NCBI RefSeq assembly: GCF_964204645.1
Contig: NW_027437455.1
Location: 1 to 64,000, forward strand
Length of the DNA stretch: 64,000 nt
DNA from: Tubulanus polymorphus
Taxonomy: Eukaryota > Animalia > Nemertea
Reading direction: 5' to 3'
Positions 45,930 to 56,300 of this stretch are shown piece after piece. Within the stretch, counting starts at the first letter, position 1. The number at the start of each line of letters is the position of its first letter. The notes under the pieces are model-generated. The model saw nothing but the letters and a program-made list of their open reading frames with translations, was not told the origin of the DNA and searched no databases. The position numbers were made by a program, and so were the translations under genes.

Positions 45930-48900
45930 TTAACACGCTAGAATCCTTTTCATAATCTCATTTTCTTTTGTTTCTTCTCTTTTGAATTTTATATATTCAT
46001 CTAAATTGCAACCATAGGCGACTGTGTGGATTCCATCATCTAAAATATATCTTTTATCATCAAATGGATTTAGACTTATCTTCTCTATCTCTTCAATAAA
46101 CATTTCGTGGTACTCAGATCTTAAACATTTCATTTTATGTTTTCTAACTTCTTCATTAAATATACAATTGATGTAATCTTTAAAATGAATATTCTTTTCT
46201 ACTACACTTTTGGTTATTCCTTTTAACTTTTTAGCTTCATGTTCTTTAGTTTTATAACTATACATTTTAGATCTAATACCAATGAACTCTATCATTTCTT
46301 CACCGCCTAATTCATCCTTAAACTTCCCAGGAACTTTTTTATTATCATTGCTAAACAATTCATGATCTTTAGGATAGTTACTGAAATCAAAATGGTGTTT
46401 TAATATTTTTAAGTCTTTTGTTATGTTATCACTTTTTATCTTTAATATGTAACTGTCAGTATCTAGATATAATATTTCTATATTTTTTTCTCCAAAATGG
46501 GGTTGTAATATGTTATAGTAAAATTGATACATTAATAACTTTGATAATTCTAAAACCGATGCACCAACATAGATTGGTTTATTGAACTTCATAGAAGTTC
46601 TTTTTAATTTAACTGCTGCTAAATTTTCATCGAATATTCTATTACCTATGAATTTCGGATACGATTGCAAATGTCTAATTCTTTTACCATTACTGACTAA
46701 CTCAATGTCGTTTCTATTACGAATATTCTCACAAGTCTTACCATAAAACGCATTATTCATCAATTTAAAAAAATCCTTCTCAAAATCAGTTTTAGCTTCA
46801 GTTCTCTGTGTAGTATTAAAATCTATATATTTTTCTAACCACTTAGATTGACTAAATGAAATATATCTATGTACTTTTTTTAGAATCATTCCTTGATTCA
46901 AATAGAATTTTAACATTCTATAATGCACAACGTAATTATATTTATCTTCTTGAGTTACCATTAACTTTTCAGTATGAATATGATTATCGGGTTTAATTCT
47001 TTTTTGATAATTTGATAATTCTTCATGTTTAACAGTTTTATGTTCGGGACAATATGCTAGATTTCTAGATTTGAATTTAATATTTTCAGGGTATTCTAAA
47101 TCTACAACAAAGAAGTAACCAATATCTGAATCATCTGCAATATCTAGGATTCTTTTCTTCCAATCAAATTTATCAATTTGTAAAACTTCAGTTATTTCAA
47201 ACATCCCATAAGGTTGTGGTTCTATCATTGCCCAACCATAAAGATTATTTGCATCTATGTATAATAATTTATATCCAGGATTATCATTTACATTGAAATA
47301 TCTATCACCCAATACACCTGAAACACCTCCTCTTATAGATTTTTCAAATAATAGTAATTGATCTATATTTGTTAACAAGTCCATTTTTATATCTGTAAAT
47401 TTTAATCCACAATCCCATGTTAATCCTGGACTAGAATAACAATGACAAGGATCAATATTGAAATATTTTAGGTTTACATCTCTAAACCTTTCGAATATAT
47501 CGGTTAATAATAATACATCTGATTTTAAATATAAATCTACTAATTGTCCATGATTTTTAATTTCGAAATGATTCCAAATATTCAATGTTCTATTATAGAC
47601 TTCATCTTTAACATATTCATTTTTTATTTCATCATAGAATTGTTCTTTCAATAATTCAGTTATTTTAAAATCATTATGATTTTTATAGAAAGAATATGGA
47701 ATTGCTCCTTTATATCTCATTAATTTAAAATCATCATAATTTGGGTAATATTCTTTTAATATCTTTAATTCATCATCAACTAATGATTTAGATAAATTAT
47801 CTAATGAACTATTTAAAAATCTATATGAATCTATAAATCTTAAACAACCAAATTGGAATGATATATAATTCTCAGATGTTTTAGCTAACATTCTAAATTT
47901 ATAAGTTGGTATTTTATCTTTTGATCTATTTGAATTTAATCTTTCTATTTCATTATTAATTTCTTCTATTTTATGACACAGTTGTTTGATAAATAAATGT
48001 GCGTCATATCCTGATAGATTATGAAATATAATGGGGACAAAATTTACTTTTTTGGCTTGCAAATTACAATTCTCATGTGCAGCGCCTCTAAACTTTCCAT
48101 TCAAATGATCATGGTCTCTTACTTTTTTATCTTTATAATTAAATATCTTTTCACAATAATAACATTTATCTGCAAACGCAAATACTTCTTTATCTTCTTC
48201 TGTCATAATTATTTCTTTATTTGTATTCAATAATTTACTAAATCTTATTTCATATTCAATTAATAAGTCACAAAAATGATTGATAACATTTTCATTTCTA
48301 TAATGATAATATTCACTTTCAATTAGTTCTGGATAATCAGATTTTATATATAACCCGAAAGCAGCAGCTGATTGATGAATCATTTTAATAGTATTTGTTA
48401 TTGGTGGTTCTTCTGAATAATCACTTTCATTAGAATTTAATTTCTTTCTTTTATAATATATATCTTTTCTATCTTTATCTGTTAATTCTTTATTTAATGA
48501 TTCAAAATCTCCATATATTACAAATGGTACTTTATTTTTGTAATCATATTTTTTGAATTCTAATATTTTATCTTTTTCATTTGGTAAAACTAATTTACAA
48601 TAATCATGATTATCACATAATTGTTTATGATTTAATAATGCACCTTCAGTTCTGAATTTATGTAAACATTTTCTACATAGATATATTTTATTATCAAAAT
48701 CATTTTCTGATTTAAAAAATAAATCAATTCTTTTAATCCACATATAATGATTCTCATAATATAGTATATCTATAACATCATTTGAATCATAATCTTTTGA
48801 TAGGTATAAAGGTTCTAATGTATAATGTTTAATATTATTTCCTTTCGTATTTGGTAATTTGATTAAATCAAATACATTTATCTTTATATTATTATCTCTT

Positions 48901-49964
48901 TCTATTTTTGGAATATTTTTAATTCTAACAGGATACTTATCTATCTTATAATTATTTTCAAATTGTTTATAATGAGTTAATCTATAAGTATGTTTATTAT
49001 AATCTTCAACTGGGTGTAAACAACTTATTATAGCCCATAGAAAACATTTATCATCTTCATTTTGTATATTTATTACACCATTAGTTTTAAATGGTAGTTT
49101 AATATAACTTGTTCCATTTATACTATCATCTTTATAATATGATAAATTATTTTCATCAATTGGTTTTGATTTAGTTAACTTATTATATTTTGTGTTATAA
49201 ACATGTAAAGTTATAAATATTATCTCATCAAACATTAAACCAGATCCTTCAAAATATTTCTCTTCTATTTTAGTTTTTATTTCATTATAACATTTATTTA
49301 ATTTATCATCTATATGTTGTTTAGATATAATATGTTGTGAATGAGAATTTATATTATATATTGGTTTATCTTCAGATTTTATAAACTTTACTTTAACTGA
49401 TATACTAATTTTAGGATATTCAACATCTGTAATTATTTTTATTATTTCTTTCATATTTTCTAAATGTTTTTTATTTTCTTCTAATGTTTTTCCTTTATGA
49501 AATTTAAACTCGATAGCTGCTGGACCAATATCACTTTTAAATGCTTCGGTTATCTCTATATCTTTTTTATTATCTAATGAATTAATATAATTTCTTACAT
49601 CTTCCATATATGGTCTTTTATTGTTTAATTTATTTTTTATTCTTTTAATTGTCTTCTGTTTCTTATCGTTATCATTATCAAAATAATCTTCACCTAAAAT
49701 ATCATTATTCTTATTTCTAATATGACTTATAGATTTTAAATGTTCTTTATAATATCTTTTATCACTGAATGATTGATTACATGTATCACATTTGTATGTT
49801 TCTTTTTCATTCTTTAATTCTTCTAATTTAGTTTCTAATATATCATCCTTATATTCTAGTTTCAATTTATTCTCTAAATGTGTTATAGTTTTATTGTGTC
49901 TTGCTTTTTGAGATTTATCTATATCGATATTACATGTTGGGCAGTAGTATTTATTTGCTTCCAT
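45930..49964 (-). CDS. polB: Protein-primed family B DNA polymerase with N-terminal zinc fingers, putative vOTU-like protease region and an inserted endonuclease VII-like domain
   Basis: Exo I YGDFES, Exo II FHNLSGYD, Exo III YLKSDVLLL; Pol motifs YIDANNLYG, KLMNNAFYGK, YLDTDS; CYYC...VRDHDHLNGKFRGAAHENCN (EndoVII-like); DDKCFLWA...ENHY (vOTU-like Cys/His). Confidence 0.97.
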   Translation of the reverse strand: MEANKYYCPTCNIDIDKSQKARHNKTITHLENKLKLEYKDDILETKLEELKNEKETYKCDTCNQSFSDKRYYKEHLKSISHIRNKNNDILGEDYFDNDNDKKQKTIKRIKNKLNNKRPYMEDVRNYINSLDNKKDIEITEAFKSDIGPAAIEFKFHKGKTLEENKKHLENMKEIIKIITDVEYPKISISVKVKFIKSEDKPIYNINSHSQHIISKQHIDDKLNKCYNEIKTKIEEKYFEGSGLMFDEIIFITLHVYNTKYNKLTKSKPIDENNLSYYKDDSINGTSYIKLPFKTNGVINIQNEDDKCFLWAIISCLHPVEDYNKHTYRLTHYKQFENNYKIDKYPVRIKNIPKIERDNNIKINVFDLIKLPNTKGNNIKHYTLEPLYLSKDYDSNDVIDILYYENHYMWIKRIDLFFKSENDFDNKIYLCRKCLHKFRTEGALLNHKQLCDNHDYCKLVLPNEKDKILEFKKYDYKNKVPFVIYGDFESLNKELTDKDRKDIYYKRKKLNSNESDYSEEPPITNTIKMIHQSAAAFGLYIKSDYPELIESEYYHYRNENVINHFCDLLIEYEIRFSKLLNTNKEIIMTEEDKEVFAFADKCYYCEKIFNYKDKKVRDHDHLNGKFRGAAHENCNLQAKKVNFVPIIFHNLSGYDAHLFIKQLCHKIEEINNEIERLNSNRSKDKIPTYKFRMLAKTSENYISFQFGCLRFIDSYRFLNSSLDNLSKSLVDDELKILKEYYPNYDDFKLMRYKGAIPYSFYKNHNDFKITELLKEQFYDEIKNEYVKDEVYNRTLNIWNHFEIKNHGQLVDLYLKSDVLLLTDIFERFRDVNLKYFNIDPCHCYSSPGLTWDCGLKFTDIKMDLLTNIDQLLLFEKSIRGGVSGVLGDRYFNVNDNPGYKLLYIDANNLYGWAMIEPQPYGMFEITEVLQIDKFDWKKRILDIADDSDIGYFFVVDLEYPENIKFKSRNLAYCPEHKTVKHEELSNYQKRIKPDNHIHTEKLMVTQEDKYNYVVHYRMLKFYLNQGMILKKVHRYISFSQSKWLEKYIDFNTTQRTEAKTDFEKDFFKLMNNAFYGKTCENIRNRNDIELVSNGKRIRHLQSYPKFIGNRIFDENLAAVKLKRTSMKFNKPIYVGASVLELSKLLMYQFYYNILQPHFGEKNIEILYLDTDSYILKIKSDNITKDLKILKHHFDFSNYPKDHELFSNDNKKVPGKFKDELGGEEMIEFIGIRSKMYSYKTKEHEAKKLKGITKSVVEKNIHFKDYINCIFNEEVRKHKMKCLRSEYHEMFIEEIEKISLNPFDDKRYILDDGIHTVAYGCNLDEYIKFKREETKENEIMKRILAC

Positions 49965-50313
49965 TTTAATACTATATTTTTTATTAAAATTGATTTTAGA
50001 AGTTCAATGATTTAAATGTTATTCATATATGTGAATATTTTAAGAGTAATAGGGGTTTAGTTGTTTCAAGCTAAAGGTTGAACGGGCGGGTGAGTAAAAA
50101 TGAAAAAACATAAAAATAATAACAATTTCTACTTGAATTAGGAGTGAAACTCATAAAAATGAAAAATAAATTCGAGCGTGTGAGAATTTATTTTTCATTT
50201 TTATGAGTTTTGCGAGTAATTCAAGTAGAAATTGTTATTATTTTTATGTTTTTTCATTTTTTACGAGCTCGACCGTTCGACCTTTGGCCTGAAACAACTA
50301 AACCCCTATTACT
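49851..50313 (-). repeat. Right TIR (463 bp), outer 269 bp (50045-50313) self-palindromic
   Basis: Ends ...AAACCCCTATTACT|GACATT; reverse complement of 31920-32382. Confidence 0.95.
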
Positions 50314-53300
50314 GACATTGTCGTTTTTCCGATAGGGGGAATATTTGATACGAAAACGTCTTTTCTCGCGCTGAACGACGTTTTCGGGTCGAAAAGTGCT
50401 TTTCCTGACGATTTGAGCGCTTTTACGCATCGACATTGTCGTTTTTCCGATAGGGGGAATATTTGATACGAAAACGTCTTTTCTCGCGCTGAACGACGTT
50501 TTCGGGTCGAAAAGTGCTTTTCCTGACGATTTGAGCGCTTTTACGCATCGACATTTTCGTTTTTCCGATAGGGGGAATATTTGATACGAAAACGTCTATT
50601 CCCGCGCTGAACGACGTTTTCGGGTCGAAAAGTGCTTTTCCTGACGATTTGAGCGTTTTTACGCATCGACATTGTCGTTTTTCCGATAGGCGGAATGTTT
50701 GATACGAAAACGTCTTTTCTCGCGCTGAACGACGTTTTCGGGTCGAAAAGTGCTTTTCCTGACGATTTGAGCGCTTTTACGCATCGACATTGTCGTTTTT
50801 CCGATAGGGGGAATATTTGATACGAAAACGTCTTTTCTCGCGCTGAACGACGTTTTCGGGTCGAAAAGTGCTTTTCCTGACGATTTGAGCGCTTTTACGC
50901 ATCGACATTTTCGTTTTTCGGATAGGGGGAATATTTGATACGAAAACGTCTTTTCTCGCGCTGAACGACGTTTTCGCGTCGAAAAGTGCTTTTCCTGACG
51001 ATTTGAGCGCTTTTACGCATCGACATTTTCATTTTTCCGATAGGGGGAATATTTGATACGAAAACGTCTTTTCTCGCGCTGAACGACGTTTTCGCGTCGA
51101 AAAGTGCTTTTCCTGACGATTTGAGCGCTTTTACGCATCGACATTTTCGTTTTTCCGATAGGGGGAATATTTGATACGAAAACGTCTTTTCTCGCGCTGA
51201 ACGACGTTTTCGGGTCGAAAAGTGCTTTTCCTGACGATTTGAGCGCTTTTACGCATCGACATTGTCGTTTTTCCGATAGGGGGAATATTTGATACGAAAA
51301 CGTCTTTTCTCGCGCTGAACGACGTTTTCGGGTCGAAAAGTGCTTTTCCTGACGATTTGAGCGCTTTTACGCATCGACATTGTCGTTTTTCCGATAGGGG
51401 GAATATTTGATACGAAAACGTCTTTTCTCGCGCTGAACGACGTTTTCGCGTCGAAAAGTGCTTTTCCTGACGATTTGAGCGCTTTTACGCATCGACATTG
51501 TCGTTTTTCCGATAGGCGGAATGTTTGATACGAAAACGTCTTTTCTCGCGCTGAACGACGTTTTCGGGTCGAAAAGTGCTTTTCCTGACGATTTGAGCGC
51601 TTTTACGCATCGACATTTTCGTTTTTCCGATAGGGGGAATATTTGATACGAAAACGTCTTTTCTCGCGCTGAACGACGTTTTCGGGTCGAAAAGTGCGTT
51701 TCCTGACGATTTGAGCGCTTTTACGCATCGACATTGTCGTTTTTCCGATAGGGGGAATATTTGATACGAAAACGTCTTTTCTCGCGCTGAACGACGTTTT
51801 CGGGTCGAAAAGTGCTTTTCCTGACGATTTGAGCGCTTTTACGCATCGACATTGTCGTTTTTCCGATAGGGGGAATATTTGATACGAAAACGTCTTTTCT
51901 CGCGCTGAACGACGTTTTCGGGTCGAAAAGTGCTTTTCCTGGCGATTTGAGCGCTTTTACGCATCGACATTTTCGTTTTTCCGATAGGGGGAATATTTGA
52001 TACGAAAACGTCTTTTCTCGCGCTGAACGACGTTTTCGCGTCGAAAAGTGCTTTTCCTGACGATTTGAGCGCTTTTACGCATCGACATTGTCGTTTTTCC
52101 GATAGGGGGAATATTTGATACGAAAACATCTTTTCTCGCGCTGAACGACGTTTTCGGGTCGAAAAGTGCTTTTCCTGACGATTTGAGCGCTTTTACGCAT
52201 CGACATTGTCGTTTTTCCGATAGGGGGAATATTTGATACGAAAACGTCTTTTCTCGCGCTGAACGACGTTTTCGGGTCGAAAAGTGCGTTTCCTGACGAT
52301 TTGAGCGCTTTTACGCATCGACATTGTCGTTTTTCCGATAGGGGGAATATTTGATACGAAAACGTCTTTTCTCGCGCTGAACGACGTTTTCGGGTCGAAA
52401 AGTGCTTTTCCTGACGATTTGAGCGCTTTTACGCATCGACATTTTCGTTTTTCCGATAGGGGGAATATTTGATACGAAAACGTCTTTTCTCGCGCTGAAC
52501 GACGTTTTCGCGTCGAAAAGTGCTTTTCCCGACGATTTGAGCGCTTTTACGCATCGACATTTTCGTTTTTCCGATAGGGGGAATATTTGATACGAAAACG
52601 TCTTTTCTCGCGCTGAACGACGTTTTCGCGTCGAAAAGTGCTTTTCCTGACGATTTGAGCGCTTTTACGCATCGACATTTTCATTTTTCCGATAGGGGGA
52701 ATATTTGATACGAAAACGTCTCTTCCCGCGCTGAACGAACGTTTTCGGGTCGAAAAGTGCTTTTCCTGACGATTTGAGCGCTTTTACGCATCGACATTTT
52801 CGTTTTTCCGATAGGGGGAATATTTGATACGAAAACGTCTTTTCTCGCGCTGAACGACGTTTTCGCGTCGAAAAGTGCTTTTCCTGACGATTTGAGCGCT
52901 TTTACGCATCGACATTGTCGTTTTTCCGATAGGGGGAATATTTGATACGAAAACGTCTTTTCTCGCGCTGAACGACGTTTTCGCGTCGAAAAGTGCTTTT
53001 CCTGACGATTTGAGCGCTTTTACGCATCGACATTTTCGTTTTTCCGATAGGGGGAATATTTGATACGAAAACGTCTCTTCCCGCGCTGAACGAACGTTTT
53101 CGGGTCGAAAAGTGCTTTTCCTGACGATTTGAGCGCTTTTTCGCATCGACATTTTCGTTTTTCGGATAGGGGGAATATTTGATACGAAAACGTCTTTTCT
53201 CGCGCTGAACGACATTTTCGCGTCGAAAAGTGCTTTTCCTGACGATTTGAGCGCTTTTACGCATCGACATTTTCATTTTTCCGATAGGGGGAATATTTGA

Positions 53301-56300
53301 TACGAAAACGTCTTTTCTCGCGCTGAACGACGTTTTCGCGTCGAAAAGTGCTTTTCCTGACGATTTGAGCGCTTTTACGCATCGACATTGTCGTTTTTCC
53401 GATAGGCGGAATGTTTGATACGAAAACGTCTTTTCTCGCGCTGAACGACGTTTTCGGGTCGAAAAGTGCTTTTCCTGACGATTTGAGCGCTTTTACGCAT
53501 CGACATTGTCGTTTTTCCGATAGGGGGAATATTTGATACGAAAACGTCTTTTCTCGCCCTGAACGACGTTTTCGCGTCGAAAAGTGCTTTTTCCTGACGA
53601 TTTGAGCGCTTTTACGCATCGACATTGTCGTTTTTCCGATAGGGGGAATATGCGATACGAAAACGTTCTTTCTCGCGCTGAACGACGTTTTCGGGTCGAA
53701 AAGTGCTTTTCCTGACGATTTGAGCGCTTTTACGCATCGACATTGTCGTTTTTCCGATAAGGGGAATATTCGATACGAAAACGTCTTTTCTCGCGCTGAA
53801 CGACGTTTTCGCGTCGGAATATTTGATACGAAAACGTCTCTTCCCGCGCTGAACGAACCTTTTCGGGTCGAAAAGTGCTTTTCCTGACGATTTGAGCGCT
53901 TTTACGCATCGACATTGTCGTTTTTCCGATAGGGGGAATATTTGATACGAAAACGTCTTTTCTCGCGCTGAACGACGTTTTCGCGTCGAAAAGTGCTTTT
54001 CCTGACGATTTGAGCGCTTTTACGCATCGACATTGTCGTTTTTCCGATAGGGGGAATATTTGATACGAACGCTCTTTCGCGCCGAACGACGTTTTCGTGT
54101 TGAGCGCTTTCTGACGATTTGAGTGCTTTTACGCATCGACATTGTCGTTTTTCCGATAGGGGGAAGGATTGATACGAAAACGTCTTTTTCGCGCTGAACG
54201 ACGTTTTCGCGTCGAAAAGCGCTTTTCCTGACGATTTGAGCGCTTTTACGCATCGACATTTTCGTTTTTCGGATAGGGGGAATATTTGATACGAAAACGT
54301 CTTTTCTCGCGCTGAACGACGTTTTCGGGTCGAAAAGTGCTTTTCCTGGCGATTTGAGCGCTTTTACGCATCGAAATTTTCGTTTTTCCGATAGGGGGAA
54401 TATTTGATACGAAAACGTCTTTTCTCGCGCTGAACGACGTTTTCGCGTCGAAAAGTGCTTTTCCTGACGATTTGAGCGCTTTTACGCATCGACATTGTCG
54501 TTTTTCCGATAGGCAGATTTGAATACGAAAACGTCTTTTCTCGCGCTGAACGACGTTTTCGGGTCGAAAAGTGCTTTTCCTGACGATTTGAGCGCTTTTA
54601 CGCATCGACATTGTCGTTTTTCCGATAGGGGGAATATTTGATACGAAAACGTCTTTTCTCGCGCTGAACGACGTTTTCGCGTCGAAAAGTGCTTTTCCTG
54701 ACGATTTGAGCGCTTTTACGCATCGACATTTTCATTTTTCCGATAGGGGAATATTTGATACGAAAACGTCTCTTCCCGCGCTGAACGAACGTTTTCGGTC
54801 GAAAAGTGCTTTTCCTGACGATTTGAGCGCTTTTACGCATCGACATTTTCGTTTTTCCGATAGGGCAGATTTGATACGAAAACGTCTTTTCTCGCGCAGC
54901 GCGTTTTCTCGCGTCGAAAAGTGCTTTTCCTGACGATTTGAGCGCTTTTACGCATCGACATTGTCGTTTTTCCGATAGGGGGAATATTTGATACGAAAAC
55001 GTCTTTTCTCGCGCTGAACGACGTTTTCGCGTCGAAAAGTGCTTTTCCTGACGATTTGAGCGCTTTTACGCATCGACATTTTCGTTTTTCCGATAGGGGG
55101 AATATTTGATACGAAAACGTCTTTTCTCGCGCTGAACGACGTTTTCGCGTCGAAAAGTGCTTTTCCTGACGATTTGAGCGCTTTTACGCATCGACATTGT
55201 CGTTTTTCCGATAGGGCAGATTTTGATACGCAGAGTTCTTCGCGCCGTAACGACGTTTTCGCGTCGAAAAGTGCTTTTCCTGCCGATTTGAGCGCTTTTT
55301 ACGCATCGACATTGTCGTTTTTCGGATAGGGGGAATATTTGATACGAAAACGTCTTTTCCCGCGCTGAACGACGTTTTCGGGTCGAAAAGTGCTTTTCCT
55401 GACGATTTGAGCGCTTTTACGCATCGACATTTTCGTTTTTCCGATTGGGGGAATATTTGATACGAAAACGTCTATTCGCGCGCTGAACGACGTTTTCGGG
55501 TCGAAAAGTGCTTTTCCTGACGATTTGAGCGCTTTTACGCATCGACATTGTCGTTTTTCCGATAGGGGGAATATTTGATACGAAAACGTCTTTTCTCGCG
55601 CTGAACGACGTTTTCGGGTCGAAAAGTGCTTTTCCTGACGATTTGAGCGCTTTTACGCATCGACATTTTCGCTTTCTGATAGGGGGAATATTTGATACGA
55701 AAACGTCTTTTCTCGCGCTGAACGACGTTTTCGGGTCGAAAAGTGCTTTTCCTGACGATTTGAGCGCTTTTACGCATCGACATTTTCGTTTTTCGCATAG
55801 GGACATTTTGATACCAAAACGTCTTTTCTCGTGCTGAACGACGTTTTCGCGTCGAAAAGTGCTTTTCCTGACGATTTGAGCGCTTTTACGCATCGACATT
55901 TTCGTTTTTGGCACAGGGAATATTTGATACGAAAACGTCTTTCTCGCGCTGAACGACGTTTTCGCGTCGAAAAGTGCTTTTCCTGACGATTTGAGCGCTT
56001 TTACGCATCGACATTGTCGTTTTTCCGATAGGGGGAATATTTGATACGAAAACGTCTTTTTTCGCGCTGAACGACGTTTTCGGGTCGAAAAGTGCTTTTC
56101 CTGACGATTTGAGCGCTTTTACGCATCGACATTGTCGTTTTTCCGATAGGGGGAATATTTGATACGAAAACGTCTTTTCTCGCGCTGAACGACGTTTTCG
56201 GGCTCGAAAAGTGCTTTTCCTGACGATTTGAGGCGCTTTTACGCATCGACATTTTCATTTTTCCGATAGGGGGAATATTTGATACGAAAACGTCTCTTCC

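Larger units (their letters stand above)
31920..50313. mobile_element. Full-length Polinton/Maverick (adintovirus-like endogenous virus), 18,394 bp
   Basis: 5'-AGT...ACT-3' termini, 463-bp TIRs, 6-bp TSD GACATT (31914-31919 and 50314-50319); pPolB, rve integrase, A32/FtsK-like ATPase, major and minor capsid genes; strongly AT-rich versus the flanking satellite. Confidence 0.98.

Noticed and set aside
32322-48233. Antisense ORFs within the Polinton (32322, 33803, 36008, 40393, 41287, 43378, 44022, 48021)
   Set aside because: Shadow frames opposite real genes or pseudogenes in AT-rich DNA; no motifs.
31920-50313. Contaminant viral contig or chimeric join
   Set aside because: Perfect 6-bp TSD and in-register satellite on both sides indicate genuine integration.
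53640-56240. Patch of irregular, degenerate monomers as a distinct satellite subfamily
   Set aside because: Changes are sporadic, non-recurrent and indel-rich around homopolymers, more consistent with low-coverage consensus error; needs read check.
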